From Girardia tigrina (lineage: Eukaryota), in NCBI GenBank assembly GCA_001938485.1, contig MQRK01212777.1, positions 1 through 50,086 of the forward strand: DNA of 50,086 nt. Reading direction: 5' to 3'. The first letter of the stretch is position 1, and each line of letters opens with the position of its first letter. The notes beneath the pieces were generated by a model. That model saw only the letters and a program-made list of their open reading frames with translations, did no database searches and was not told the DNA's origin. The position numbers were made by a program, and so were the translations under genes. This document shows positions 26,525 through 40,634 of this stretch, piece after piece.

Positions 26525-27359
26525 GTTAATAAACATAATAATAAACATAAAATAACGTTTTAATAAGAAATAAGAATTTAAAATTAATAAGTTGCTATAA
26601 GATTTTAATAAAAAAATAAGAATTTAATAATACTAAATTGAGATAAAGTTTTTAATAAAAAAAATTTACAAAAATTTATGATGATTATAAAATCATATTT
26701 ATATTTATACTTATTTATTTTTGATTCGTACAAAATAAGAGAATAGTTCCTCAAAAAATTGTTTTAAAAATCTTTATTGTTAAAGAAATATATTTTTACG
26801 TGTTATGACTTCAATTCTTGATTTCGACCCTAACAATTGTTAAGATAAATATCGGCGAAATTATTATAAAAAAGTTCAAATTTTGTTTGAAATAAAAATT
26901 ATTATTTTGCGTTACTAAAAGTTTGATAATTATGAATCCTAATTCAAATATCGACAGTGATATCAACCCAACTAACAAAAATATTTAGTAAGAATATTGT
27001 AATATTTTCTAAACAATTGAGAGTAATGATGGATTGTAATGGTTCAAATAATTTGAGTCCGAATGATAAATGTCAATTAGATCATCGCTATTAATCTTGA
27101 GAATTTCCAGCAGAAATATGTGATTTGAAACTGCCCATTATAATAAAATATAAGTTGGAATTTGATTTTTATCTCTCTTCAAAAAACCTGTCGTCAAACC
27201 AAACTTGAATTTAGCTCAAATTTTTTTCAAAGGAATAAGTTTTTAGTAAAAATTAGTTACTGCTTTTATTAATGAAACTGATTAAAATCTTTGAAAATAA
27301 TTTCAAAAATATTTTTTTCATATTTTTGAGAATAAAACTAATTTTCCTACTAAAATTTA

Positions 27360-28022
27360 GTTAGTGTTGCATTTTTTGTGTAATTCGATTGTGCATTTCG
27401 TTTCCTCCATCTTTAAATCGTGCTCTTACGGCACTTCTGAGAAAATATGTTTACAATAACTCAGTAAATCTCGTTTGATTGATTTAATGTGTTTTTGTAT
27501 CGCAATAATGTTGACAGATAAAAGACCGACATCGATCGGAACATTCAATTTCTTTATCAACATTCGAATAACGTCGAGAGATTGTTGTTTTGCGGATTTA
27601 TTCGGTTTCAAATTGATGTGACAATTGTGAATCATTTTTTTATCACACCCGGTGGAAAGCATAGTTTTGTACTCGGATTCAACATTTTACAAGTCAGAAT
27701 TTTTGCGACATCTTTAATTAAATTGTCCATCACAAATTGTCTCTTTCTCCAATATAATTTTAAAAATCTCCAAAATATTCGTCGTTTGAAAAGCGTCTTT
27801 CGAATTGTCTTTACTCGCGATTTCCGCTTTCGACACATTCGTGTAAATCAGCTCATTTTGCAGAGTTTGGATTTGAAATTCAAGTTTTTGTCGATAAGCG
27901 ATCACTTTATTCAGAAAATACGCTATTTCAAATCGACGACGTTTTCTATAGGTTTTTACGATTAGTTTCACATCGGAAACATTTGTCGATCGCTTTTGAT
28001 TTGTCGGAGAAAATAATGCCAT
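27360..28022 (-). pseudogene. SBDS: Ribosome maturation factor SBDS/Sdo1 pseudogene, intronless
   Basis: MALFSPTNQKRSTNV..RFEIA..NKV..NVSK..DAF..ILEK, then DVAKIL..NPSTK, then KPNKSAKQQSLDVIR match SBDS family motifs in three different frames; there is a deletion at the GEVQVSDKE-equivalent, an A-run frameshift, an in-frame stop and a truncated domain III. Confidence 0.9.
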
Positions 28023-28141
28023 CAGAAAATGCTAATTTGAATTGCTAATTATATTCAAAAATTGAAAACTCGAAATTCAATCACAACTGTTTATTTTTAA
28101 TCGACATTCAAACTTTTATAATTTACAATCATATTATTTAA

Positions 28142-30976
28142 CCCTTAGAGGTTCCGAAAAAAAGTTACTTTTGGGACTCTTGGGGTCTTATGCTGACCCC
28201 ACCGTATTTTTCCACGATTTTATAACAGACTAGGACAACTATATTTGAATTACACCAGTGTACTACTTTCCATTAATTGTAAGTAAAAGGAAAACTGGAA
28301 TAAATAGACTCTATTGACAACACAATGTGTACCATACGCAATTCACCTAATATAGCTATAATCAAAGTACCGTTCATATGAATATACATTACATGTAAAA
28401 GACAGACTGAAATAAATAAGCGTCATTCAACTGCAACAGTTTTTGCAAAAAATATATTGACGGCAAATAAAATCCTTGCATTGTGCACATCGAATAGTTG
28501 CCTTTGTATCTGAGACACGAGAATAAGATTTGCATCGGCCTCTTTTTCTTTCATCTATTGCAGCGTTAGTAGCAAGAGGAAAATTCGGTTGATTTACTAC
28601 ATTTCCATCAGAATGTTTGAGAATTAATTCCATTCCTAGCTCCTGCAAAAATAAACGCCTTTTGTGAGATGTACCGTTGTTCCACATTTGATGGAGTTGG
28701 AGAAAGAGAACATAACCACTGATTCCTAGAAGTCATGTAGCAAGAAGATAAATGAAAATATATATGTGACACTAACTTTAAGAAATGTATTTTCTTTATA
28801 CCTGCTAAGTTCAATATGTTGCCAAACACACACATTGGCCACCGTCTTGTTTTTCTCCTTACTGTGTAAGTAGAATCCAGTTGGTCCATGGTGTCCACAG
28901 CACCCTTCGTATCGTTGTAGTAGAGGACTATATCAGGTTTGTTTGTAGTGTCGTCGACTTTTTCTTGTCCAACATGCTGGGCACTGAGCAGTAAGACAAC
29001 CTAATACAAATTATGATTTACAATTCCATTTACGGAATGATTGGATTACAAATAAAGCAATTTAATGTTTACCTTATTCTTTTTTGGCATAAAGGATACC
29101 AATGTTGCTTCTGGTTTGTAGAAAAAATGACTCAAGCCAATACCTCTTTCCTTGACTTCCAAAGCAGCTGGAGGGATCTCTCACTTGTGCTTTCTAATAG
29201 TGCCCACAAAGCTGATGCCTTTTCTTTTCAGGTCCCTCGCTAGAGTTAGGCTGTGTAAAAATTATCTGTTGTGAGTGTAAGAGAGTGTTGTTGTTAATCT
29301 TTTAATTTTCAGAAATAAGAATTTTGGTTTTTAAAAATTTCGAATTATAATCGAAATTAAAAAAAATAATAGAAAATAGAAATAAAAAAAAGAAAATAAA
29401 AAAAGTAAATTTGTTTAAATAACAAATTTAAACTGTAGTAGATTAATAAATTTTGCAAGTTTTTAATTTGTTTTGATTTAGAATGGAAGATAATTCCCAA
29501 CCTAACAGTGAGATTTCTTCCTGAATTTTTCATAGGTGCTATGAAGTCTTCGACAACCTTTTGCGCAAGATTTGTTGCTACTTCATTTCCTTCCTTACCA
29601 AAATAAGGTTTCATTCTAGTAACACAGCTTGTATCATTGCAACACATTGCAAAAAATTTTAAGCCATATTTCAAGGGCTTCATTGGCATATATTGTTTGA
29701 AGACACATCGCCCTCAAGAAGAAACCAATTGCTCATCAATTGTTACAGAATGAGAGGGCTTATAATACTTTGGCAGCTGTTTGACAAATAGGTCAAAAAC
29801 ATCTCTTATGGGTACAAATTTGCATTTCAGTGATGAAAACGCCTGGTATCCTTGTCATCAAATCACAACATTGCATTGAGTTGCTTGAATCTTTTCAATG
29901 ACATAGTCTTACGAAAAATAGGTCGGCCCATTTCTGTGATCCAAAGGTTCAGAAGTGACTCATAATTGGAGCGAAATACCCCAGCCAAAATGGATAGACC
30001 AATAAGCGTTTTTATTTCATCATAGGTTGTCAAATTCCAATTATTCCTCGTTTTCAGACCCTCTGAATTCGTGTGTTTGGCAATGGCTTCAATCATTTAT
30101 TTTGTTGCAAACAGACGGAATGCGTCTGATATACCAGTAATCTTTTTTTGGCTTCAGCAGTTGGCCCATATTTGACATGCATAATGTTATGACTCATTGT
30201 CTGTCGAACATTCGGCGACTCTCTACTCTACACCTCTCCATTTTTGCTGACTAGCATTTGTTCAGGTTGGGAAGTTTCATCAATGCTATCTCCACTTTCG
30301 GCAGCATCACCCTCACTTTCAGCACCATTTACCACTTCATGAATCTCATTTTCTGGAAGATCCGTGTCTTCTTCACTTTCGCTACTCTCATCCTCGATGG
30401 AATCTACATCGTCATCTTTATAAAGCTCTTCACCATAGAGCTTATGGGTGGCAGTGATCGCAGCTTGCCTTTTAATCCGATTCATTGACTGAAAATACAA
30501 TGTAATTAAATGAAAAGTTACAAATTATGAATAAGGTAAGATAGCCGTATTTCGAAAAGGGCTCAAATTTTGAACGATTAAAATACCAGAGTCCTGAAGA
30601 TGAGTAATGCTTGGTGACTTGATTACCTAATCTTGATTGAAGATAATCAACGCCTTATTGCAGTTTCTTTAATAAATTACTGTAAATATTCGCATGAATG
30701 AATCATCATCTTATTAGTTAGATTTGTTTATAATGCATTAAATTATAACCAGGGGTTAGAGTGTGACCCCATGGAACCTAAGTGCGATATTTTTATAAAA
30801 ATAACTCTCTCGTCATACAAATAAAATAAATCGGCATTATCAGCAACATTTACCTTCTTCTTTATGTCACAAAAAATGTTACGGAAAACCAGAGCCGAGC
30901 AATATTCCATTTTTGGGCAATACCCTTTTAAAATATCCCTGGGGGTCATCTGTTGACCCAAGGGATCCTCTAATGG
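28142..30976 (-). mobile_element. Full-length but inactivated piggyBac transposon with an intron-containing transposase
   Basis: TTAA at 28138-28141 and 30977-30980; TIRs cccttagaggttcc / ggatcctctaatgg (12/14); ggggtc..gaccc subterminal palindromes; motifs TIDEQL, YMPMKPLKYGLK, DNFYT, YNDTKGAVDTMDQ, RRWPM and a C-terminal Cys-rich domain. Confidence 0.95.
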
Positions 30977-31717
30977 TTAAACAAATCATTAATTAATTTT
31001 TTTCCAGCAATTCACATAATTACAATTTAAAACTTTTTAACAAAAAATTACAATAAATTTTATAAATATATATATATATATAAAGATTTTTTTTTACTTT
31101 TGATACTTTTAATAATATATATATATATATATATGATCAATTCGTTACAGTTATAATACTATGAATTTACTCCTCTTATTATTCTGAATTATTTTTAAAT
31201 ATTTATTTTGTATTTTATTCATAGGTTAACAATGTCAAGAATATCCTTATATCATTGAAAGTTAGGTGAAAAGGATCTCAGGAGCATAAATTATACAAAT
31301 AAAATTGTAATATACCCTTACGTGAACAAAATTTGACATCTAAACCTTTTCCTTTGGTCTATTAAGTGCTTAAAGAACTCATTTTGTTTTAGGGTTAGTC
31401 GACAAGTCTCTAAGAAAATGAATAAGCTGGTTTGGATCATCACGTTTCACAATTTTAGAAATAAAGAATGAAAAAATGACAAATACAAGATTTTATGACA
31501 AAAAGTTTTGTTATTAAATATAAAATGTAAATGATCTGTACAAATGTTCTGGCATGGGGTACCTTAATTCTTAGGTTTTTCTTTAGCAGTTCAAAATTAC
31601 AATTTTAAAACAAATCTGCAGTTTTATAAAATTATCTGGATCCCTATAATAAGTTTAAAATATGTATATAGTCTTATTGAGATTATTTAATATAAATATA
31701 AATTTTAAGCTAATTAA

Positions 31718-31938
31718 CCCTTAGTAGCCTGATTTACGAAAGTGATTTATTTGCCGCGCAAGTAATATGTCATAAATAAAATAAAACAATAATGACATTT
31801 GATTTTTTTTTAATTTCGTTGGAAAGAATATCATACAACAGTAAAATACGTACAGCCAACCTATAAAAAAACTAATAGTAATGTGAACATTCGGTTTAAA
31901 AGATTGGTATCAAAATTGAAACTCTAGGTTATTAAGGG
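31718..31938. mobile_element. piggyBac-type MITE (221 bp)
   Basis: TTAA at 31714-31717 and 31939-31942; TIRs cccttagtagcct / aggttattaaggg (11/13). Confidence 0.8.
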
Positions 31939-32289
31939 TTAAGTGGGATTCTAACTCTTCCATTTTCGTGAGACATCTTGAGAAAAGATCAATCAACAAA
32001 GAGCATGTCCAATATATGTGATATAATTTAATGTAAATAATTAAAGATTAACGATTTGCAAGTAAATTGTGGGGTGTACAGAAAATTCATTGCCACTTCT
32101 GAATTTGGTAGTCTTCAATTAAAAAGGCTATCGAAAATTGTTATTGCTACGGAACAATTAGTCACGGGTTTCAAAAGTCTTGTAGACGAGCAAAGCGATT
32201 CCTCCAATCACATTGAAGAATTTTAAATGCTTTTCATTCATATGACGCAATAGTTTTACAAATAAAAATATGACTAACTTTATTTTATT

Positions 32290-32324
32290 ACACTGAAGAT
32301 GCCGATATGGTGAAACCAGTCTGT
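32290..32324 (+). ncRNA. Minimal type I hammerhead ribozyme motif (Penelope-like)
   Basis: ACA-CTGAAGA-T-GCC-gatat-GGT-GAAA-CCAG-TC-TGT; full core, 3-bp stem I, 3-bp stem II with a G.U pair. Confidence 0.65.
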
Positions 32325-34207
32325 TCCTATATTAAATTAATCATCTTTTTTTTTAATTTTAACGATGAAATTATTCTTTTAGGATAAAAAAAGATAGAAT
32401 TATGTCTCTTAAAATACAATAACAACGGTAATATGTATAATTTGATAAATAAAAGTAATTATAATAATGTCAATGATGATTTTACTAACATATATTCATT
32501 TAATTTAATACGTAGGTTCAGTATTTTGAATAACAGTCATATTAAACTGTCAATTTCATTGAAAACAATAAAATAATAATTTGTAATATAATAACGATAT
32601 TAAATATAATAGCACAAAAAATATATTTTTTATTCCTACGCATTTTCTGTATTGATAAGTTTTGATAATTATCACTTAGCTGTTTATTTCAAACTGATAC
32701 TGTCGCATTTTATAGACCACGAAACACGTGCATCTTTTCAGGTTTATATCAGGGGTGACTCAAGACCGAAATACGGTAAAAGCATAATGTTTTTGCTTGT
32801 GGCATTTGTGATAGAACGTGTAAAACAGGTAAGTTTTCTTCTCTCTTCATACATTCAAGCTGAATGATAATATTTTACACAGTAAACCATTTGCGCCACA
32901 TTATTTATAATTATACGAAAAAAATTATTATTATTCTTATAGTAGTCTAAAATTTTGCGGAAAAGTTATGGACATTGTAATTTATAAACAAAAACTCATT
33001 GAATCTAAACAAAAGTTAAGCTACAATAATTTCTTTTTAGAATAAACTTTCCTATGAATAAACTTTAATCATTCACAATATCCGTATTGAAATATGTTTA
33101 ATGGACTACGACGAGTCCAACAGTCTCTGACGGCTGTGTGAGTACAATTAAAATAACGTTATTGAGGCAAATTATTTTGAGATGTTTTGAAAAACTTTTC
33201 ATGGACCTCAACCACATCATCGAATCGCAGTAAATGTATAGCCGTATTAATATGATGGTCCCTAATTATTGTAGATCTTGGTTGTTCATAAAATCTTGTA
33301 CAATGTTCAAAAATGCAAATTTTGAAACTATATAGGACTTTAAGTGAAATTAATCAAATTTATTATAATAGAATAAAAATAACTCTATTTATATAGTCTT
33401 GAATTTTAGGAAAATTATCCAAATCTGCTTTGTAACTGTTAGAATTGATGGGCACTCCATTATCCAGAACATGCGAATCCAAATCAAAATATAAAAAAAA
33501 CTACAATAAACAAACAATTTTTTTATCATCAGTTAACTATAAATTTTAATTTGAGGAACAATCTTTATCTAAAACTTGTTAATGTCAAACCGGTAAATTT
33601 TAATTTATTCTTAATTTACTTATAAAATTTATTTTCTCATTATAAATTTTAATTTAACTAATTATTCTATTCTTCATCTAATTATTAAATTTAATTTTCT
33701 ATCTTATTTAAATTTTAATTTACTTAATTTATTCTTATTTCTTTTTCTTCTATTCTCGGCAATATTATGCAAATAATCTCATCTTGCCTTTCCACTCTAA
33801 CTCACAAATTTTCTTCTGATGACTTACTCCCTAACAGTAACCATATCCCTCATTTCGTTATAAAAATAACCTTAACTTCTTTAACGTTTCGGGGAGGATC
33901 GCATTTCATTTTATTAGAATATTTTATCGTAACGGTAGAAATAATTCAAAATAAAAAAAATATTTAGGTAATAATATAAAAATGTAAATTTAAGAACTTT
34001 TTATAATAAATAAATATTTTTTATCAAACTGAAAACCAGAGCTGAACTACATCAGATCACTTTCATAAAAATGTTAGTTTAATTTTTAGATATAAAGTGT
34101 ACTATAATATGTCAATTTCAGACCTTCTTATGGTGCACCCCCTGCAAATTAACAATGCATTCTGATGTTAGTAGCTCAAATTTGTAAAATAAAGATAATG
34201 TAATGTA

Positions 34208-34520
34208 TTAATGTAGTCCGGTTCGCTGCTCCGGTGAACCACTTGCCAAACCACTTAATCGTGTGGTCTTGCGTCGATGCAAATATTGGCACAGCTCGTC
34301 TTGGTTGTCACCCGAGACGACCGACCCCTCGCCTGCGATGATGAAGTCACCTTTCATGTAGACAGTCGGACATCCCAGCTCGTTAGAGATGGTCGGAATC
34401 TCATAGACGAATTCGACCGGCAACGAAAGACCCGGATTCTTTTGCTCGGCCCGTCAGAAGACCAATTGTGTAGAGACTATGGAGACCTCCTTTATAGATA
34501 ACTCAGCTACAATGATAATA
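34208..34520 (-). pseudogene. CpG-rich intronless coding relic of unknown identity (weak beta-propeller-like character)
   Basis: GC-rich island; the minus frame stays open for ~100 codons apart from one TGA (AELSIKEVSIVSTQLVF*RAEQKNPGLSLPVEFVYEIPTISNELGCPTVYMKGDFIIAG). Strand and product are uncertain. Confidence 0.3.
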
Positions 34521-37500
34521 TTTATCGCTCCATTAATAGATCGTCATCTAAATTGTTGGCATAATTACTCGAGTACCACAACAAGTCAAACGCTCTTTCT
34601 CAAAAAAATTATTTCAAAAACAGTGTTTTTTGTATTATTTAAACAACGAATGTTTTTTACTTTTATCATTAATTTAATTTTTCTGTAATTTTTCAGAAAG
34701 GTATTCCATTCTTATAAGCATCCTCCAAAATCATATCAAATCGTTTGTAAATGGATGTTTATCTGAATTTGTGAATGAGTTAATGCTGTAATTTTACTAT
34801 AATAAGTTTTGTTTATTATTCATTTTCAAATATGTAGATTTGTTAAATAATTATTTAAGAATACAAATTGGAATTCTTACGTAAAAAAAGAACTGTGGTT
34901 GTTTAAACTTAAGTGATAAATAGCGGTAACAGCGCTGAGAGATAGAGATGTGTTTTTTTCTGTTAAAACAATAAAGATCTTTGAACAGAATCCATTTCTT
35001 TTTATTGTGAAGTATTATAAACTAAGAAAAGAAATGAGTTAGGTTGATGTAATTAAAGACAATTTGATTATCGCACATGAAACAAAAATTGATACAAATT
35101 CAAGAGTGATTGAGCAAGGAAACTCAAAGAATCCAGAAATTAAGGATCTAACAACGATGAAAATAGTGAAGATTTAAAACTGATACATAAGAACGAGAAA
35201 CAGTCCTCATTAGGACCATACATAACGATTTGATGATTATCGGGGCAATGTGGGCACTTACGCTTACTTGAGATAGGACTATATATAATTCAATCCAAAC
35301 AAAGACATCACCGAGGATGGAATGCGACATTATCGCTGCATGGATCGCTCTACGATCAATGTTTACTTAGTGTGTTTTACAATATGTTGATTATTAATAA
35401 AAAAACCATTAGTAAGTTACATTTGCTATAGGAATACAAGCATAAAGAAAAACTGGTTCTTTGTCATAATATAATAAATCATATTTTTTCAAACTTTTCT
35501 TGAAGAAATGAAGTGAATTTCTACTTTTTATAAGAGCATGTGATTTATAAATTGCTAAGTAATCTTCAATAAAAATAAAGTTGATCAATAAGTTTTCTAC
35601 ATAATGTCAAGCAATTTAATAATGTTGATATTGCTGATGACCTAACCATACATATGATCTAATTTTGTGATGTCAAGGGTACATTGAAGATATTTTTATT
35701 TCTTACTAGTTTTACATTTAAGGAACACTCATTTCTAAATAACTCCTAGGAAACCATAATTATTAATTAGTTATGCTTCATTTACTGCAAAAATAGTGGC
35801 CTGAGTCGTCGCCATTGTCAACTAATAACCTAATTAATTAATACATTACTTACGCTGCATAATTCTAAAGTTACCAATTGAGATACAATAAATTCCTATT
35901 TATAATTAGCTTTTTCGTTCGCCAATCAAATTATTAATCCATTTTTAGAAATTCCTGTTTTGATTCCTCCTACTTATTTATTAAAATAGAAATATTTCAA
36001 TTTATAATTTACTTTAGGAATTTTCTTAACAGACACGTTTCTTTATTTGTAGTTCAGATAGCTCAATAACATTTTTTGCTATTTTTGATATGATAAATTT
36101 GATTTTTTAAACAGATAAAACAGCCGAAATTCATAATTGAACTTTATGAACACACCGCACATAAATCGCTTCAGATTTTCGATGTCTGATGATTATAAAT
36201 ATTTTTTGATAAGTAGTTCATAATACATTTTTTGAGGTTTATGGAGACAGAGAAAAGGTAGTAGCATGGTATAAGTGATTGCGTCACAGACTCGTCATGT
36301 TGACAGTAAATGATTAAGTAACCGAGAATTGTGAAGCATTAATAATACCTCACGACAACCAAACAACACAGCCGGACTGGGTGTCGGCACAGAACACATG
36401 GGGTGACGCATAACTTGCTACCAATATGACGTTGATTTAAACAATTTTCTGGAATTTTCGATTATATTTAAATAATGACAAATTAAATAATTTAGATTTA
36501 TTTGATAACTAACAAAAAATATAAAAAAATGAAAACCAAATTATCTGTTTTTTCCTTTTATCACATGAACGAAAATATGAATTTAATTTTTTTTAATGAC
36601 GATTTTTTAATTTTACTCTTCTTAACATTTATACTAATTGATTTATCAAAATTTGGTAGTTTCGTTGATTGATATATTCGTTGAAATATACAAAACAAAC
36701 AAATTCAGCAATAATGGCATTGACCTTATATATACGAGCGCGCCAGTATAAATTCTGCTGAACACTGACATTCATCAATGAAAATACGCCAATTTCGCGA
36801 TGGGGAATTTATAAATATCCTAAAAATAGAATTTCTAGCAAGTAGTTCTGTTTGCCCCAATTCAGATCTAATCTGTTTTGTCTCATTTGCCTCAGATGCA
36901 GACAACAACAATAAAGAAATACTTTTCCAAAAGTCCAAATAACTATTTTATAATAAACTACACTAATTTGGCGATAAATAAATGTAATCATGTAATAAAT
37001 TACAAATAAGTAATTCGGTACTTCTCCATTAAAGGGCCTAGTAGTTAGTATAAGATTTAGTACAAATCAGGACTAATAAAAAATAATAATATTTGAATTT
37101 CTTAAATTCGATGGTAACGAAAAAGTTATTGTGATTCTTTAACCGAATTATTTATTGTTAAAATTTCACATTTTTTATATTAAATTTCACTAAATTATAT
37201 GTTCATTCGACTTGTTATAAAATAGTCATCAGAGCAACTGCTTGTTTTGAACCTTAGCCCTCGTGAAAATACATACGCCAGAGCCACATCTAATTAAATA
37301 GTTTTATCAAGATTATAAATCAAAATTGTATATTCAATAAAATATAAAAAACAATAATAAGATTGTAATTTTTTATTCATTCCACTAAAAATTTGTACAA
37401 AATAAGCTTTGATCATCCACTGAAATAATATGTCCCACTAGGTCACAGTATGTGTATATATAAATTGAATAATCATTACAAATATTAAGATCACTATAAA

Positions 37501-40500
37501 TTACAATTAATTATTATAATTTCTAAAAAGTTCTCAACGATAATCAAACTAATGACTGTCCTCAAAACTAACAATCACAAAACTCTCTAGGAGACCATTA
37601 ATTTAATATAGCTACCTATTATACCGTGACTGATGCATATGATTATTTACACAAGTACAAAAGCGCATTTCAAAAAATAGCACTCAAACCAAATCTAATT
37701 GAATAAAAAATACCTACACAATAAAAACTAATAAAAAACGCTTGCAGAACGTTATATTGAGCGACCTAAGCTAGATAATTTGCGTATTCATCAAAATATA
37801 ACACTGTATTTATCAGTGAGCAATATCGTTTCGGTGATTTCAGTAGCAATCAAGATACCTGAATATCAAATAAGAGATAATGAAAACCATTAAACATCTA
37901 TCAAAATAAAGAGTAAAACATAAATAGATAATTTTATATCATAATACAATGTGACACGCCTGTGAAAACTGAAAATCCAATCAAATCACAACAATTACAA
38001 TAGACACTTCAATCTATTAGACTTCTATTCTCCCACGACACTTCTCTACGTGTTACTATGAGAATTCCTGTTCCCCGTTAGGCTAAGACAAATGTGTGTG
38101 CTCATACTTGTCTAATTTTCAAGTCAGTAGATATTTTCCAATATCTTGCTCGAAAAGAAAATAATTTGAAAAATATGTTTTGATAATTACTACGTTTAAA
38201 ATCCAAATGAAAATCCTTGGACTGTTATAACAGAATTAGGAAATAATCAATATATATTTGCAACTTTAAATCGAGAAAATCGAAATTAAATTGATTTCAG
38301 TTAATTACCCAAGAGAATTTTTTTTTAAAATGGCCTTATGTATCCCCCAAGAGTATTTTTTTACCCTTACCCAGTGATGACCTACATGAACCCTTAGATA
38401 AAATAAAAGAGGTCTAAGACTCGATTTTCAATGGATGAGATATCTTCGTGTAGTTAATTTGATAAGGATTATATTTTTCTACTGTTTTATGATTATAGAA
38501 AACGTTTGGTGTTCGCAGTCCATATTCCCGGAAACATGTTAGTTAATTGTGCAATATTGGTAAGTAAGTTCCGATAGTCAGTTTGCAACTGATACATGGT
38601 TGCCAGATTATGAGCAACTAGATATGGGGGCTAGGTGCATAAAATATACTTCTTCATTTTAAAACAATTAAATTAAATCGTGTGCGAACATTATAAATAG
38701 ATTAAGCACAGTTAAGACTATATTTAGAACTGAAAATTATAAGTTACAATTACAAAATATTTGTACATGAAATACAAATTCAATCAACTCCATTTCATCC
38801 TTCGTTTTAAATCCAAAACGATCTGAAGAAATCCAATTTTATACTGCTCACTGTATCGGATTTAAAGGAATTGTGTATAAAACAATCGAGTGCAGACGAA
38901 TTTTATTTCCTGTCAGAATATATTGTTATATTACCTAACCCAGCCGAATTTAAGAGGAATTTCTACCTTTGAGATTTTCAAGACATTAAAGGATGAATTT
39001 TTAAAATTATCTAATCCAAACAAAAATATTCTATACTGATTAACTATAACCAATAGATGTACAAAAATTTTATATTATTTAAATAAATATAAATATTTTT
39101 GTAATCTATTTTATCATGATAAATTTAATGAAATTAAATAGTACGTTAAACGCTACTAAATTCATAGTTTTATCTTTTGCTAGACTTCTAATAACATTTT
39201 TTCCGTTTTTTACATGATTACTTAGTCTCATCTATTAGTCATTGCAACTAGTAGATTAGACATGTAAAATGGCTAATCGGTCAATATTAACCCATTCAGA
39301 AAAGTTTTAGAGGCTCTGAACAGCTTATGTTTTTACAAATTTCAAGACTTTTCTAGAAAAATTGCCACACATTTTCTATCGGGTAAATATTGACTATTTT
39401 TCAAACACCTAAATTCATCCATTGGCGAAATACCGCTTGACAAATATGCATGTGTTTGATGTCATTATTATATTAAAATTCGTTTCATTTAAAAACCAAG
39501 AAAATAAGTGCCTATCTAACAGTTTTTAATCAAGCCTAATTTATAGGATGGAATTTCTTACCCTCGTGTGATGAGTAGATTTTTCACAGCTATATTGATC
39601 CGAAACTTCTTATTTTATACAGATCTATAAAACCAAATGGTAACAACGCACTCAACTGACAACGTTCATCTGTAAATCAGCTATTTTGTTATAAACTTTG
39701 ATATTGAAAATTGATGTTATAATCACTTAAAGGATCAATATATAATATTATTTTTATGTTTTAATATAAAACATCTAAAAAATCTATTTGAAAATAATAT
39801 ATTTCGACGGTTTTACAGACATGATCAGATCACTGATTATGTGCCTTTAGTCACTTAAATATGAAAGGAAAGTCTGAATAGTCACTTACGTATTATTCAT
39901 CAAAAACTCTAAACAAAGTGTTTGAAAGTGCCATGTTAACATTGATCTTATAAACTACACATTCACCTTATAATTTTCCTATGTTTAGCAAAGTTATTCT
40001 CATTCCCTTTGTAAGTGTGCTCTTGGACTTATTTGCAGAGATTATATGCGGTCTGTTCAATATACCTGTATTCTGTAATGAACCCATTTCATATCAACTG
40101 ATAAACAATATTCGAACAGACACAAAAGTAGATTCATTTCAAAACATGTTTCTATATATTTTTCCACTTTTAAATGAAATGAGTTACTATTAGTATATTA
40201 TATTTTATCTCATATTTCAATGACTATTTATTTTATTTAATATCAACTGAAAATCACTATTGATTGCAAGTGACTAAATCAAAAACTCAAACAAAGAAGT
40301 GTTATTAAATCCGGCAATTAAAAAGAAATTGGAACAGAAAGAGGATTTGGAGTTATAATTTATAATTGATTAGGGTCGTTTTCATTTAATAAGAAATTGA
40401 ATCCATATCAAGAAATATATATATATATATATATATATACATGCATAATCCTAAAAACATGATGCAAACAGAGTTAATACAATCAGTCACCACACAAACA

Positions 40501-40634
40501 GTATGTGAGGGATAATTTGGAATGTTATAAGTTTATTGTTTGTATGCTGTTTAGATTTGTGACTCTCCTACTCAGATGGGATTGATATGTTATTTGATTG
40601 ATTATTTGAATATAATGATATTAATTTTAAATAC

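Noticed and set aside
37201-37240. Possible fourth hammerhead on the minus strand (CTGATGA..AGTCGAAT)
   Set aside because: The GAAA box and stem III/UH are missing; at best a decayed relic.
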